DNA of 44,579 nucleotides. It comes from an uncultured Gammaproteobacteria bacterium. GTDB lineage: Bacteria; Patescibacteriota; Patescibacteriia; UBA2591; UBA6264. A model generated the notes under the pieces. It saw only the letters and a list, made by a program, of their open reading frames with translations. It did not search any database and was not told the DNA's origin. The position numbers and the translations under genes were made by a program. The first letter of the stretch is position 1. Every line of letters begins with the position of its first letter. Of the stretch, positions 15,456-25,725 are shown in pieces. Location: the NCBI GenBank assembly GCA_964531505.1, contig CAZHDT010000001.1, positions 1 through 44,579 of the forward strand, in the 5' to 3' direction.

Positions 15456-16474
15456 AAGATAAAATTAAACAATTAAAAATTGAAGCCTTGGAAGAAATCG
15501 CCGAAATTAAAAATGAGGCTGGGGTAGAGAAAATTTGGCGCAAATATCTTGGGCGGCAGGATGGGAAATTAACCAAGATTTTAAAAGGATTAAAAGATTT
15601 ATCTGAAAAAGAAAAGCCAGAAATCGGCGGTTTGGCAAACCAAATTAAAAAAGAAATAGAAGATTCTTTAATGAAAAAGAAAAATTCTTTTTGTTATTCT
15701 TCATCTTTAGAAAAGGATTTCTTTGATTTTAGTTTACCTGGGAAAAATGTTAATTACGGGCATCTTCATCCTTTAACTCAAATTAAGAACGAATTAGGAG
15801 AAATTTTTTCTTCTATGGGTTTTAAGATTTTAGAGGGATTAGAATTGGAAAAAGATTATTATAATTTTGAAGCGTTAAATATTCCCCAAGGGCATCCAGC
15901 TCGGGATATGTGGGATACTTTTTATCTTAAAGACTCAAAAAAGACAGAACTTTTAAGAACCCATACTTCGGCGATGCAAGTTAGGGTTATGGAAAAAGAG
16001 AAGCCACCTTTAAGAATTTGTGTTATGGGAAAATGTTTTCGCAATGAAGCGACTGATGCTTCCCATGAACATACCCTTTATCAAATAGAAGGGTTCGTGG
16101 TTGATGAAAATATTACAGTCGCGAATTTAATTGATACTTTAAAATCTTTTTTAAAGGCGCTTTTTGGGAGAGAGGTTAAAATTAGGTTGCGACCAAGTTA
16201 TTTTCCGTTTACTGAACCGAGCTTTGAAGTTGATTTTGCTTGTTTAAATTGTCAAGGAAAAGGATGTCAGGTTTGTAAAAAAACCGGTTGGGTGGAAATT
16301 TTGGGCTCAGGAATGATCCATCCTAAAGTTTTTGAATTTGCCGGTTATCCAAAAGGAAAATATACCGGTTTTGCTTTTGGGGTGGGAATAGACCGTCTAG
16401 CTATGATGCGTTATAAAATCGATGATATTCGTTGGTTTCATTCAGGAGATTTAAGATTTATTAGGCAATTTTAG
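15452..16474 (+). CDS. pheS: Phenylalanine--tRNA ligase alpha subunit
   Basis: HPARDMWDTFY, LRTHTS, FRNE, the GFAFG.G.DR class II motifs. Confidence 0.95.
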   Translation: MKDKIKQLKIEALEEIAEIKNEAGVEKIWRKYLGRQDGKLTKILKGLKDLSEKEKPEIGGLANQIKKEIEDSLMKKKNSFCYSSSLEKDFFDFSLPGKNVNYGHLHPLTQIKNELGEIFSSMGFKILEGLELEKDYYNFEALNIPQGHPARDMWDTFYLKDSKKTELLRTHTSAMQVRVMEKEKPPLRICVMGKCFRNEATDASHEHTLYQIEGFVVDENITVANLIDTLKSFLKALFGREVKIRLRPSYFPFTEPSFEVDFACLNCQGKGCQVCKKTGWVEILGSGMIHPKVFEFAGYPKGKYTGFAFGVGIDRLAMMRYKIDDIRWFHSGDLRFIRQF

Positions 16475-16486
16475 TTTATATTTATT

Positions 16487-18847
16487 ATGAAATTATCTTT
16501 TCAATGGTTAAAACAACTTATTCCCGACTTAGAAATTTCTCCTGAAAAATTAGGGGAAATTTTAAGCGTAAAAACAGCGGAGATTGAAGATATTAATTAT
16601 CTTGGATTAGGTTTAGATAAGGTGGTGGTGGGAGAAATTTTAGAAATAAGACCCCATCCCAATGCGGATAAACTTCAAATTGTCTTGATGGGTTTAGGCA
16701 AGAAAAAATTAGAAATCGTTTGTGGCGCGTCAAATATTCGGGTAGGGCAAAAAGTTCCTTTGGCTTTGGAGGGAGCTAAATTACCCAATGGTTTAGAGAT
16801 AAAAAAAGCAATGATCAGGGGAGTAGAATCTACTGGTATGCTTTGCGCCGAGGATGAATTAGGTTTAGGTTTAGACCATCAGGGTATTATGATTTTATCT
16901 CAGGAATGCGTGTCAGGAGATAAATTAACTAAAGCTTTAGGTTTAGATGATATTATTTTAGCTGTGGAAAATAAATCTCTTACTCATCGTCCAGATTTAT
17001 TTAATCATTTTGGTTTTGCTAGAGAAATTAGCGCAATTTTAGGATTAAAAATAAATTTTAAAAAACCATTGCTTAAAAGTGGTCCAAAATTATTTGAAAA
17101 TCTGGCAATTGAAGTAAAAAATCAAGAAATTTGTCCCCGTTATATGGCGGTAATAATAGATGGAGTTAAAATTGGACCATCGCCTTTTTGGTTAAAAAAC
17201 CGTTTAAATAATTTAGGTGTTAAATCAATCAATAATGTAGTTGATATCACCAATTATGTTTTATTGGAAATCGGACAACCTTTACACGCTTTTGACGCAG
17301 ATAAAATCCAGGGCAATAAAATTATTATTAGGATGGGAAAAGAAAAAGAGAAGATTATCGCTTTAGACGAACAAGAATATGAATTGTCAAAAAGTGATTT
17401 AATAATCGCCGATGAGAAAAAACCTATTGCCATAGCGGGAATAATTGGCGGTCAAAATTCCGCTATTTCTTTCCAAACAAAAAGAGTCATTATTGAAGCG
17501 GCGAATTTTGATGCCATTAATATTCGACGTAGCGCTTGGCGTTTAGGATTGAGAACGGAAGCAGTCATTCGTTTTGAAAAGGGTCTACCATTATCTTTTA
17601 CTGATTTAGGTTTGGCTAGAGCGATAGAATTAATTAAAGAAATCGCATCTGGAAAAGTGCTTAGCCAAATTTATGATTTTAAAAGCGTTTCGGCAAAAAA
17701 ATCATTAGAAAATAAAAAAGAAATTATTTTTTCTCCTGATAAAGCTAGACGTTTTATCGGTCTGGAAATAAAGGACCGAATAATGAAAGAATTGCTTATT
17801 AAATTGGGGGCAGAAATTAAAGATAATCGTCAGGATTGGAGGGTAATTATTCCTAAACATCGTCCAGATTTGGATTATTTTGAAGATTTAATTGAGGAAA
17901 TCGTCAGAGTTTATGGCGCGGAAGAAATTATTTCTCAGCCAATTTTAGCAAAATTAGAGCCAGTTATTCAAGAAAATAATTATCTTTTGGAAAAAAAGAT
18001 AAAAAATATTTTAATTGGATTGGGATTTGACGAGGTTTATAATTATGCCTTTGCCAGAGAACAAGGAACCGAATTTTTCAATTCAAGTAAAGGGGCAAGG
18101 GAAATAGAAAATCCTTTAAATAAAGAACAACGTTATTTACGAGCGAATTTAATTTTTGGCTTGATTAATAACGCAGAAAAGAATGCTCCAAATTTTTCTG
18201 ATTTTAAAATTTTTGAAATTGGAAAGGTTTTCCAACTAGAGGAAAAGAAAAAAATCGCCGGTTTAGTTTTTAATCGGGAAATAAAAAAAGAAATAGAGGA
18301 GGACAAAAATAATATTTATAAATTTATTTGTGGCAAAAAATGTTTTTTTGTTAAAAGCATTATTGATGTGATTTTAAAAGAAGTCGGATTAAAAGAGGAT
18401 GAAATAATTTACCCTAAGCATATTTCCGTCAAGGAAGAAATTAAATACCAAAATAAGATAATCGGATTTTTAGGCAAAAAAAATGAAAATATTTCTTATT
18501 TTGAATTAGATTTCGAAGTTTTATTAAAATTACCCAAAAAAGAACAAAAATACCAAAAAATTATCACTTTTCCGCCCGTTAAAAGAGATTTGGCATTTTT
18601 AATTGATAAAAAGTTTTCTTGGAAAGAAATTTCTCAATCTTTAAATAATCTGGATGAAATAATTATAAGTTTAGAGCCATTTGATTTATTTCAAGATAAA
18701 GATTTTGGAGAGAAATATAATTTAGGTTTTCATATTATTTATCAATCAGGACAAAGGACATTAAAAATGGAAGAAGTTGAGGCGGTAGAAAAAAGGATTA
18801 TTAAATCCCTGCAGGAAAAGTTCGGGGCAAAATTACGAAATTATTAA
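16487..18847 (+). CDS. pheT: Phenylalanine--tRNA ligase beta subunit
   Basis: N-terminal tRNA-binding domain (HPNADKL..C....G), B3/4 and B5 domains. Immediately follows pheS. Confidence 0.95.
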   Translation: MKLSFQWLKQLIPDLEISPEKLGEILSVKTAEIEDINYLGLGLDKVVVGEILEIRPHPNADKLQIVLMGLGKKKLEIVCGASNIRVGQKVPLALEGAKLPNGLEIKKAMIRGVESTGMLCAEDELGLGLDHQGIMILSQECVSGDKLTKALGLDDIILAVENKSLTHRPDLFNHFGFAREISAILGLKINFKKPLLKSGPKLFENLAIEVKNQEICPRYMAVIIDGVKIGPSPFWLKNRLNNLGVKSINNVVDITNYVLLEIGQPLHAFDADKIQGNKIIIRMGKEKEKIIALDEQEYELSKSDLIIADEKKPIAIAGIIGGQNSAISFQTKRVIIEAANFDAINIRRSAWRLGLRTEAVIRFEKGLPLSFTDLGLARAIELIKEIASGKVLSQIYDFKSVSAKKSLENKKEIIFSPDKARRFIGLEIKDRIMKELLIKLGAEIKDNRQDWRVIIPKHRPDLDYFEDLIEEIVRVYGAEEIISQPILAKLEPVIQENNYLLEKKIKNILIGLGFDEVYNYAFAREQGTEFFNSSKGAREIENPLNKEQRYLRANLIFGLINNAEKNAPNFSDFKIFEIGKVFQLEEKKKIAGLVFNREIKKEIEEDKNNIYKFICGKKCFFVKSIIDVILKEVGLKEDEIIYPKHISVKEEIKYQNKIIGFLGKKNENISYFELDFEVLLKLPKKEQKYQKIITFPPVKRDLAFLIDKKFSWKEISQSLNNLDEIIISLEPFDLFQDKDFGEKYNLGFHIIYQSGQRTLKMEEVEAVEKRIIKSLQEKFGAKLRNY

Positions 18848-18864
18848 CAATAAATTTATTTTAT

Positions 18865-19863
18865 ATGAATTATGATATTCTTACGGTTGGCGGAATTATG
18901 AGGGATATTATTTTCCTTACTAAGGAAGGAACTATTACAGAAAGTCCGGAAAATCCTCTTTGTCAAAGAATGATTAGTTTTGAATTGGGGGCAAAAGTTT
19001 ATGTTAAAAAAGTTTATTTTGAACCAGGGGGTGGTGCCAGTAATACGGCCGTCGGTTTTTCAAAAATGGGTTTAAAAACAGCGATTATGGGAAGGGTTGG
19101 TCAGGATCGAGAAGGAGACCAGCTGATTAAAAGTTTAAAAAATGATAAAGTTGACGTTCATTTAGTTCAAATTGATAAAAAAGTCAGCACCGGTTTTGCT
19201 TTTATTTTAAGTTTAAAAAATAGAAAAAGGGCGCACGCGATTTTTGCTTATCGAGGCACTAATGATGAATTGGTTTTTAATATCAAGAACAAAAATAAGT
19301 TAAAAGGAATTAAATGGATATATATTTCTTCTTTGAGTTCTAATAATTGGCCGTTAATTTTAAATCAAGCTTTTAATTTTAAAGAAAAGGAAAAAATTAA
19401 AGTTGCTTGGAACCCCTCCAATGTTCAATTAAAATCAGATTTTAAAAAATTAAAAGACCATTTAAAAAGGACTGAGGCATTGATTTTAAATGAAGATGAG
19501 GCTAAAGAATTAGTTTTATCAAGAAAAAAAATAAATGATTTTAGAATAAAAACTCTTTTAAAAGAGATTGCTGTTATGGGACCGAAAATTGTTATCATTA
19601 CCCAGGGTAAATACGGAGTTTCCGCTTGGTGGGAAAATAAATTCTATTTTCAAAAACCGGCGCCGGCCGAAGTAATTAATACCACTGGAGCCGGAGATTC
19701 CTTTTCCGCCGCTTTTGTTTCCAGCCTTTTTTATCAACCGGGAAATTTAAAACAAGCTTTAAAATGGGGAGTGACTAACAGCGCTTCTGTTATTGATCAG
19801 ATTGGCGCGCAAAAAGGATTATTAACCAAAAATCAAGTTATTAAAAAAAGCCGTTATGTTTAA
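18865..19863 (+). CDS. PfkB-family carbohydrate/ribokinase-like kinase
   Basis: GGGASN near the N-terminus and the TGAGDSF anion-hole motif near the C-terminus. Confidence 0.85.
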   Translation: MNYDILTVGGIMRDIIFLTKEGTITESPENPLCQRMISFELGAKVYVKKVYFEPGGGASNTAVGFSKMGLKTAIMGRVGQDREGDQLIKSLKNDKVDVHLVQIDKKVSTGFAFILSLKNRKRAHAIFAYRGTNDELVFNIKNKNKLKGIKWIYISSLSSNNWPLILNQAFNFKEKEKIKVAWNPSNVQLKSDFKKLKDHLKRTEALILNEDEAKELVLSRKKINDFRIKTLLKEIAVMGPKIVIITQGKYGVSAWWENKFYFQKPAPAEVINTTGAGDSFSAAFVSSLFYQPGNLKQALKWGVTNSASVIDQIGAQKGLLTKNQVIKKSRYV

Positions 19864-20437
19864 AATATTGGCAGAAATATCAGCTCGCCATATTCATTTA
19901 GAAAAAGAGCATTTTGAGATTCTTTTTGGTTCTGGGGTTAAATTAAAAAAAATAAGAGATGTTTCCCAGCCGGGAGAGTTTGCCGCTGAGCAGACCCTGA
20001 TTTTTAAAACTCCAAAATCAGAAATAAAAAGAATAAGAGTAGTTGGACCATTAAGAAAACAGACCCAAGTTGAAATTTCTAAAACTGATGCGAGAAAATT
20101 AGGTCTTAATCCGCCGATTAGAGTTTCTGGCGATTTGGATAAATCTGAGAAATGTCAATTAATTGGCCCAATGGGAAAAGTTGATTTACTTCAAGGAGTG
20201 ATTATTGCTCAACGGCATTTGCATTTAGAAGTTGAATCAGCTTTAAAAAATAATTTAAAAGACCAAGAAATTGTTTCTGTCAGAATTGGTTCTAAAAATA
20301 GATTAATTACTTTTCATCAAGTAGTGGCGCGAGTTTCATCTGAGTTTAAAAATAGTTTCCATTTAGACACGGATGAAAGCAACGCCGCCGGTTTAATTGG
20401 CGGAGAAGAGGGGATTGTTATTAAAAATGATGAATAG
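19856..20437 (+). CDS. pduL: PduL-type phosphate acyltransferase (phosphotransacetylase analogue)
   Basis: Two PduL signature repeats: ISARHIHL and AQRHLHL. ~190 aa. Overlaps the preceding kinase gene by 8 nt. Confidence 0.8.
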   Translation: MFKILAEISARHIHLEKEHFEILFGSGVKLKKIRDVSQPGEFAAEQTLIFKTPKSEIKRIRVVGPLRKQTQVEISKTDARKLGLNPPIRVSGDLDKSEKCQLIGPMGKVDLLQGVIIAQRHLHLEVESALKNNLKDQEIVSVRIGSKNRLITFHQVVARVSSEFKNSFHLDTDESNAAGLIGGEEGIVIKNDE

Positions 20438-21494
20438 AGATTTAAAAATTTCCGTAGTTGTTGTCACATATAACGGTCGGGAGTATCTTCCCGATTGTTT
20501 TAATAGCTTAAAAAGGCAAACATTTTTACCAAATCAGATTATTGTGATAGATAATGCTTCAAAAGACGGTTCAATAAAGTATTTGGAAAAAGTTTTTCCA
20601 GAAGTTGATTTAATTATTAATAAAAAAAATGTTTTTTTCGCTCCGGCGAATAATCAAGGAATAGAAATTGCTTTTCAAAATCAAGCAGATTACATTTTTC
20701 TTTTAAATCAGGATACGGTTTTAGAAAATAATTGTTTAGAAAAGTTAGCGCAAGTTGCGGAAGAACAAAAATCAAATAATATTTTCGCTTGGCAACCGTT
20801 AATTTTATGTTGGCCCAAAAAAGATTTAATTCAGACGGCTGGTGATAAAATGCATTTTTTGGGTTTTGGATTTTGTGGTGATTATAAAAAACCAGTTTCC
20901 CATTTTTTAAAAAATTTAATTGATCCGTATCCGCGACTTACTTATGGTTCCGGCGCCGGGCTTTTTATAAAAGCAGATATTTTAAAAAAAATTGGTTTTT
21001 TTGATAAAGATTTATTTTTATATCACGAAGATTTAGATTTGTGCTTGCGGGCCAGAATGATGGGTTATCAGATAAAGTTAAATTCCCAAGCTTGCCTTTA
21101 TCATAAATATACGGAGGGGATTCCTAAATACCGTTGGTATTGGTCGGAAAGAAACCGTCTTTTAACTTTAATAAAATTCTATAAATTGCCGACCTTAATT
21201 TTAATTTTTCCCGCTTGGTTATTTATGGAATTTGGCGTTTTAGCTTTTAGTTTAGTAACCGGTTGGTTTCATTTAAAAATAAAAAGCTACATTTCTTTTT
21301 TTATTGAATTGCCCAGAACTTTAAATAAAAGAATGAAAATTCAAAGAAAAAGAAAAATTACGGATAAAGAGTTGGCAAAATCATTAGAAGAGAGATTTGA
21401 TTTTGTTGGTTTTACTCATCCGTTAATAAAAAATATTGTTAATCCAGTTTTGGGCTTTTATTGGAGATGGGTGAAAAAAATAATTTTTTGGTAG
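20427..21494 (+). CDS. Family 2 glycosyltransferase with a C-terminal membrane segment
   Basis: ISVVVVTYNG, IDNAS.DGS, the DxD-type region HEDLDLC. ATG 20427 preferred to the TTG at 20397. Confidence 0.85.
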   Translation: MMNRDLKISVVVVTYNGREYLPDCFNSLKRQTFLPNQIIVIDNASKDGSIKYLEKVFPEVDLIINKKNVFFAPANNQGIEIAFQNQADYIFLLNQDTVLENNCLEKLAQVAEEQKSNNIFAWQPLILCWPKKDLIQTAGDKMHFLGFGFCGDYKKPVSHFLKNLIDPYPRLTYGSGAGLFIKADILKKIGFFDKDLFLYHEDLDLCLRARMMGYQIKLNSQACLYHKYTEGIPKYRWYWSERNRLLTLIKFYKLPTLILIFPAWLFMEFGVLAFSLVTGWFHLKIKSYISFFIELPRTLNKRMKIQRKRKITDKELAKSLEERFDFVGFTHPLIKNIVNPVLGFYWRWVKKIIFW

Positions 21495-21520
21495 AATTAT
21501 TTTTTAATATAATCTTTTAA

Positions 21521-21656
21521 CTTCCTCACAGGTTCGACCTGCGAGGAAGTTTTTTTATAGAGTTTTTTATGGAGGTCTGACCTCCATAAGTTTTCTTCAC
21601 AAGTTTCAAACCAGGTTTCACTTGGTAACAAACAGACAAGGTTTAACCTCGTCTGT
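21521..21656. repeat. Four tandem related stem-loops sharing an AGGT-NNN-ACCT (one ACTT) apex
   Basis: H1 21521-21549 (12-bp stem, 1 mismatch, then ttttttt). H2 21568-21588 (9-bp perfect). H3 21611-21625 (6 bp, one GU). H4 21632-21656 (11 bp, 1 mismatch). Apices: aggttcgacct, aggtctgacct, aggtttcactt, aggtttaacct. Confidence 0.6.
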
Positions 21657-21699
21657 TTTCTTATATTTTCATCATCCTATCTATTATGTTTTAATGTTT

Positions 21700-22146
21700 T
21701 TATTCTTTAATCTTTTTTGCGATTTTTTTTAATTCTTCAAAATCAGCTTGAGGTCCCATTTGAGTGGTCAAATAGCCGGGATAATTTTTAAAAAATACAT
21801 TTTCCGGAAAATGTATTCCTTTGAATTTTTTGCTTAAGCCATGTAAAGGATAAAGTTTTAAATGAACATGATTTACTCCCATTCCCTCCATTACTAAGGC
21901 CGTTCGTTGAGTGCCCAATTTTTTATCTAAAAGTTTGCCTATTCTTTTCCCCGCAAGTAAAAATTTTTGGTAAATTTTTTCTGGCATTTCAAAAGCGTAG
22001 GAATCATAATGTTTTTTGGGCATTACCAATGTCATCCCCTTAGTATTAGGAAAAGCATCCAAAATAGCCAAGAATTTATTGTCTTCCCAAATTTTAGTTG
22101 AAGGGATTTCTCCTTTAATAATTTTACAAAAAATACAATCAGACAT
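21700..22146 (-). CDS. HIT (histidine triad) family nucleotide hydrolase
   Basis: MSDCIFCKII.GEIP...... N-terminus and the histidine-triad region GVNHVHLKLYP. Confidence 0.85.
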   Translation of the reverse strand: MSDCIFCKIIKGEIPSTKIWEDNKFLAILDAFPNTKGMTLVMPKKHYDSYAFEMPEKIYQKFLLAGKRIGKLLDKKLGTQRTALVMEGMGVNHVHLKLYPLHGLSKKFKGIHFPENVFFKNYPGYLTTQMGPQADFEELKKIAKKIKE

Positions 22147-22302
22147 ATTTTTATATTATAATAATTATTTATTATATTATAATTTTAGCATAAAAAAAGA
22201 AAAAAGAAAATTTTATAATTTTGTTTTCTTGTTATTTAATTCATTATTTAATATAATGATATTTAGAGAATATTATTATATTTTAGTTGTATTTTATAAA
22301 TT

Positions 22303-23448
22303 ATGAAAATTGCGCATTTAGTTTCCACTTTTCCTCCTTATCACGGCGGGATGGGTAATGTTTGTTTTGTTCAAGCTGAAGAATTAGCTAAATTGGGGCA
22401 TCAAGTGATTGTCTTTGTCCCTGGTAATCCCCAAAATAATAGAAAAGAAAAAGGTTTTGAGATTAGATATTTAAAACCGTTATTCAGTTATGGCAATGCC
22501 TCTTTTATTCCGCAAATAATTAAAGATTTGAATAACTTTGATTTAATTCACCTTCATTGGCCGTTTTTGGGCGGGGCGGAAGCAGTTTTAATTCAACGGG
22601 TTTTTAAAAAACAAAAATCAAAATTGGTTATTCAATATCACATGGATTTAATTGCTTCTGGGTTTAGGGGTTTTATTTTTAAATTAGACTCTTTTTTGTT
22701 TCATTCTCTTTTGTTTAAAAAAGCGGATAAAATTTTAGTTTCTTCTTTAGACTACCTCCGACATTCTGATTTAAATAAATATTGGCAAAAAGATAAAAAT
22801 AAATTTTTAATCAGTCCTTTTGGCGTTAATTGGCAAAGATTTTATCCGCAAGTAAAAAAGCAACAATTATTAGATAAATATCATTTTAATCAAGGAAATA
22901 AGATCATTTTATCAGTCGGCGGTTTGGATAAAGCCCATTATTTTAAGGGGGTTAGTATTTTGATAAGGGTGATGGATAAATTAAAAGAAGAATTGTTAAA
23001 TTTAAAACTTTTGTTAGTTGGCGAGGGAGATTTGAAAAAAGATTATCAGAAATTGGTTTCTGATTTAGGAATAGAAAATAAAGTTGTTTTTACAGGAAGA
23101 ATTGAAGATTTTGAACTTCCTGATTATTATAATTTGTCCGATGTTTTTGTTTTTCCCTCATTTACTAAATCAGAAGCGTTTGGCTTGGTTTCTTTGGAGG
23201 CAATGGCTTGCGCTAAACCGATTATTGTTTCCAATCTTCCAGGACCGAGAAGTTTAGTGGAAGAAAATGGTTTTATTGTTGAAGTAAATGATATTGATGA
23301 TTTAAGCGAGAAAATCAAAAATATTTTTAAAGATAAAGAAAGATTAGAAAAATTTGGGCAAAAAAGTTTTAAATTAGTCAAGGAAAAATATTCTTGGCCG
23401 CAAATTGTCAAGGAAATAGAAAAAATTTATGAAAGGATTATTGGTTAA
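22303..23448 (+). CDS. Family 4 (GT-B) glycosyltransferase
   Basis: N-terminal P..GG.G, C-terminal FPS..EAFGLV.LEAMA.G.P motif. Confidence 0.9.
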   Translation: MKIAHLVSTFPPYHGGMGNVCFVQAEELAKLGHQVIVFVPGNPQNNRKEKGFEIRYLKPLFSYGNASFIPQIIKDLNNFDLIHLHWPFLGGAEAVLIQRVFKKQKSKLVIQYHMDLIASGFRGFIFKLDSFLFHSLLFKKADKILVSSLDYLRHSDLNKYWQKDKNKFLISPFGVNWQRFYPQVKKQQLLDKYHFNQGNKIILSVGGLDKAHYFKGVSILIRVMDKLKEELLNLKLLLVGEGDLKKDYQKLVSDLGIENKVVFTGRIEDFELPDYYNLSDVFVFPSFTKSEAFGLVSLEAMACAKPIIVSNLPGPRSLVEENGFIVEVNDIDDLSEKIKNIFKDKERLEKFGQKSFKLVKEKYSWPQIVKEIEKIYERIIG

Positions 23449-25690
23449 AAAAATAAAAGAAAATAAAAACTTTTTTTTCAGCTTAATAAGCGGGTTAGCG
23501 GTTGTCATTTGGTATTTGAATTTTTCATTTTTAAAAAGCTTTTTATTTTTAAACATTTTTTGCTTTATAATTTATTTTATTCTCAATTCTCTTTGGTTGG
23601 GAAAAATTTTAAAGAAAAGGGGATTTGAAAAGGAAACCCAATTTATTTTTGGTGGATTTTCCCTCGTTTATTTAATCGCTTTTGGAATGGCAATTCCGAT
23701 TGTGGTCTATAATGTAAGGCCATTTTATCTTTTTATTTGGCTTCTTCTTTTGACTTTAATAATTTCATTTTGGGCAAAAAAAATAAAACAAGATTTGCCG
23801 GAAAAAAAATTGTTTGAAGAAATAGAGAAAAAACAAGAAGGCGGGGGAGTAAAAAAAATAGTCTATTTTATTTTTTGGGCTTTATTTTTTATTGGTTGGC
23901 TTTTGTTGTTTTATAGCCGAACTGGAGAGTTCATCCGTTCTCCTTGGGAAGTAATCCATCCGCTTTATCTTTACGCTTGGCTTGGCATAATTTTTATTAT
24001 GGGTTGGCTGGCATTTTCAAGAATAAGGTTCAAAAACTTTTTATTTTTGATTATTTTAATTTCTTTTCTTTGCCATGCTTATTTAATAATTCCTTATCAG
24101 GCTGGGTTTGGTGGTGATAAATGGCGGCATCTTGGCGCTGAAAAATGGCTGATGCAAGGAAATGTTTACGCTCCAACCCTGATTGGAGAAAAAGCTGCTT
24201 TAACAAATGTTGGGCCGTTAAAAGTGCCGGAAGTTTTAGTGGCGGGAAATAAAACTTCTTATGCCAATATGTGGGGATTGGTTATTGCTTTATCATGGCT
24301 TACCGGAATCGATGTTTTTTATTTGGATTTATTAATCGGTTTTTTATTATTTTCCATATTTTTGCCCTTTCTCCTTTTAAAATTAGGTTTGTTTTTTTCG
24401 CGAAAAAAGGAGTTTTTAGCTTTGCTTTTATTAATACCGTTTTGTTTTTATCCATTCCAAGCCTACGCCAGCATTACTGTACCCATGACATTTTCTTTTT
24501 TACCGTTTTTATTTAGTTTAATTTTTATCGGGCGATATCTGACAGAAAAGAAATTTTCTTTAAAAATATTTTATTCATTGATTTTTTTAATTCCCTTTTT
24601 GTATTTTAATTATTTAATTTATTTGATTTTATTCTTGGAAATTTTTGTTTTAGCCATTATTTTTAAAAATTTTTACTTAAAAAAGAAATTGTTTTTGCCA
24701 TTAATTGTTTTTTGCACTGTAGTAATGGTTATTTTTATTCCCGCTTTAGAAACCTATAATCAATATTCATGGTTAAAAAATGACCCTCCTCCTAAAAGTA
24801 ATTTTATTGAGATGGTAAATGATTTTCCTGTTAAGTTGTTTTTTTCTCAAGCTGTTTTTCCAAGAATCTATGGTTTAGAACAAGATAATTGGCTTTATGC
24901 GACCACTGATAAAGGTTTATCCCGCTCAGTTATTTTTGAATTATTGCCCTGGGTTTTTATTTTAACACCATTAGTCTGGCTTTTGTTTTTTTATGGCTTG
25001 AAGCAAATTAAGAAATTAAAGCACCCAGAATGGGGAAAACTTTTTGTCATAGTGTTTTTAATTGTTTTTTTAAATCAAGCCATTTCTTTTTATTTTTTAG
25101 ACGGCAATCATTTATTGAGTAAACGTTTGGTGGTTTTTACTTCTTTTTTATTTTTTTTCCCATTAAGCGCGGGAATTTATTTTTTTGTTAAAAATTTGGA
25201 AAATGTTTTTTCTCAAAAAGCCCTTATTTTTTGCACGGCTTCATTTTTAGCTCTTTTATCAGTGACGGTTTATGTTTCCGGTCCAAAATTTCAGGTGGTA
25301 ACCGGAGATGAGTTTAAAGCGGCAAAATATCTTTGGGAAAAAATTGAAAAAAATGTAGGTCAAAACTATTGTGTTTTAGCAAACACTTGGCCATTGTTGT
25401 CTTTAGAAGGGGTTTCCGGTCGACAGATTATTGCTGGAGGATTTCCGTATTATTATGAATATCGCCAGCCGGAAAGAGTCCAGCTTTTTGATAATCTTAA
25501 TAAAAATCCGTCTTTGCGCGATTTGAATAAAGCATTAGAAATCACTAAATCAAAAGAATGTTATTTTATGACTGAAGAGCGTTGGCTTTATTTTGATAAG
25601 AGAAAGGAAAATATTGAACAATTAGATAAAATACTGGGGCCGAGAAAAGAAATTGGCAAAGTGATGATATGGCATTATCAGCCAGATTAA
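23429..25690 (+). CDS. Large polytopic membrane protein (more than 15 TM) with a C-terminal soluble domain; possibly a GT-C-type glycosyltransferase or polymerase
   Basis: Strongly hydrophobic along ~600 aa. Overlaps the GT4 gene by 20 nt. Function is inferred from context only. Confidence 0.6.
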   Translation: MKGLLVKKIKENKNFFFSLISGLAVVIWYLNFSFLKSFLFLNIFCFIIYFILNSLWLGKILKKRGFEKETQFIFGGFSLVYLIAFGMAIPIVVYNVRPFYLFIWLLLLTLIISFWAKKIKQDLPEKKLFEEIEKKQEGGGVKKIVYFIFWALFFIGWLLLFYSRTGEFIRSPWEVIHPLYLYAWLGIIFIMGWLAFSRIRFKNFLFLIILISFLCHAYLIIPYQAGFGGDKWRHLGAEKWLMQGNVYAPTLIGEKAALTNVGPLKVPEVLVAGNKTSYANMWGLVIALSWLTGIDVFYLDLLIGFLLFSIFLPFLLLKLGLFFSRKKEFLALLLLIPFCFYPFQAYASITVPMTFSFLPFLFSLIFIGRYLTEKKFSLKIFYSLIFLIPFLYFNYLIYLILFLEIFVLAIIFKNFYLKKKLFLPLIVFCTVVMVIFIPALETYNQYSWLKNDPPPKSNFIEMVNDFPVKLFFSQAVFPRIYGLEQDNWLYATTDKGLSRSVIFELLPWVFILTPLVWLLFFYGLKQIKKLKHPEWGKLFVIVFLIVFLNQAISFYFLDGNHLLSKRLVVFTSFLFFFPLSAGIYFFVKNLENVFSQKALIFCTASFLALLSVTVYVSGPKFQVVTGDEFKAAKYLWEKIEKNVGQNYCVLANTWPLLSLEGVSGRQIIAGGFPYYYEYRQPERVQLFDNLNKNPSLRDLNKALEITKSKECYFMTEERWLYFDKRKENIEQLDKILGPRKEIGKVMIWHYQPD

Positions 25691-25725
25691 ATTTAATTTT
25701 TGGTTTAATTTTTTAAAAAAAAGAC

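Noticed and set aside
21700-22146. Possible degenerate HIT motif (NHVHLKL instead of HxHxHxx), suggesting an inactive HIT protein
   Set aside because: I cannot align it confidently by eye. HVH is retained, and variants of the first or last His occur in active branches. This is not enough to claim loss of function.
22151-22183. 12-bp direct repeat ttatattataat (22151-22162 and 22172-22183) in the HIT/GT4 divergent promoter region as an operator pair
   Set aside because: It is pure A/T low-complexity sequence made of overlapping -10-like hexamers. Chance recurrence in this composition is high. It is probably just the two divergent promoters.
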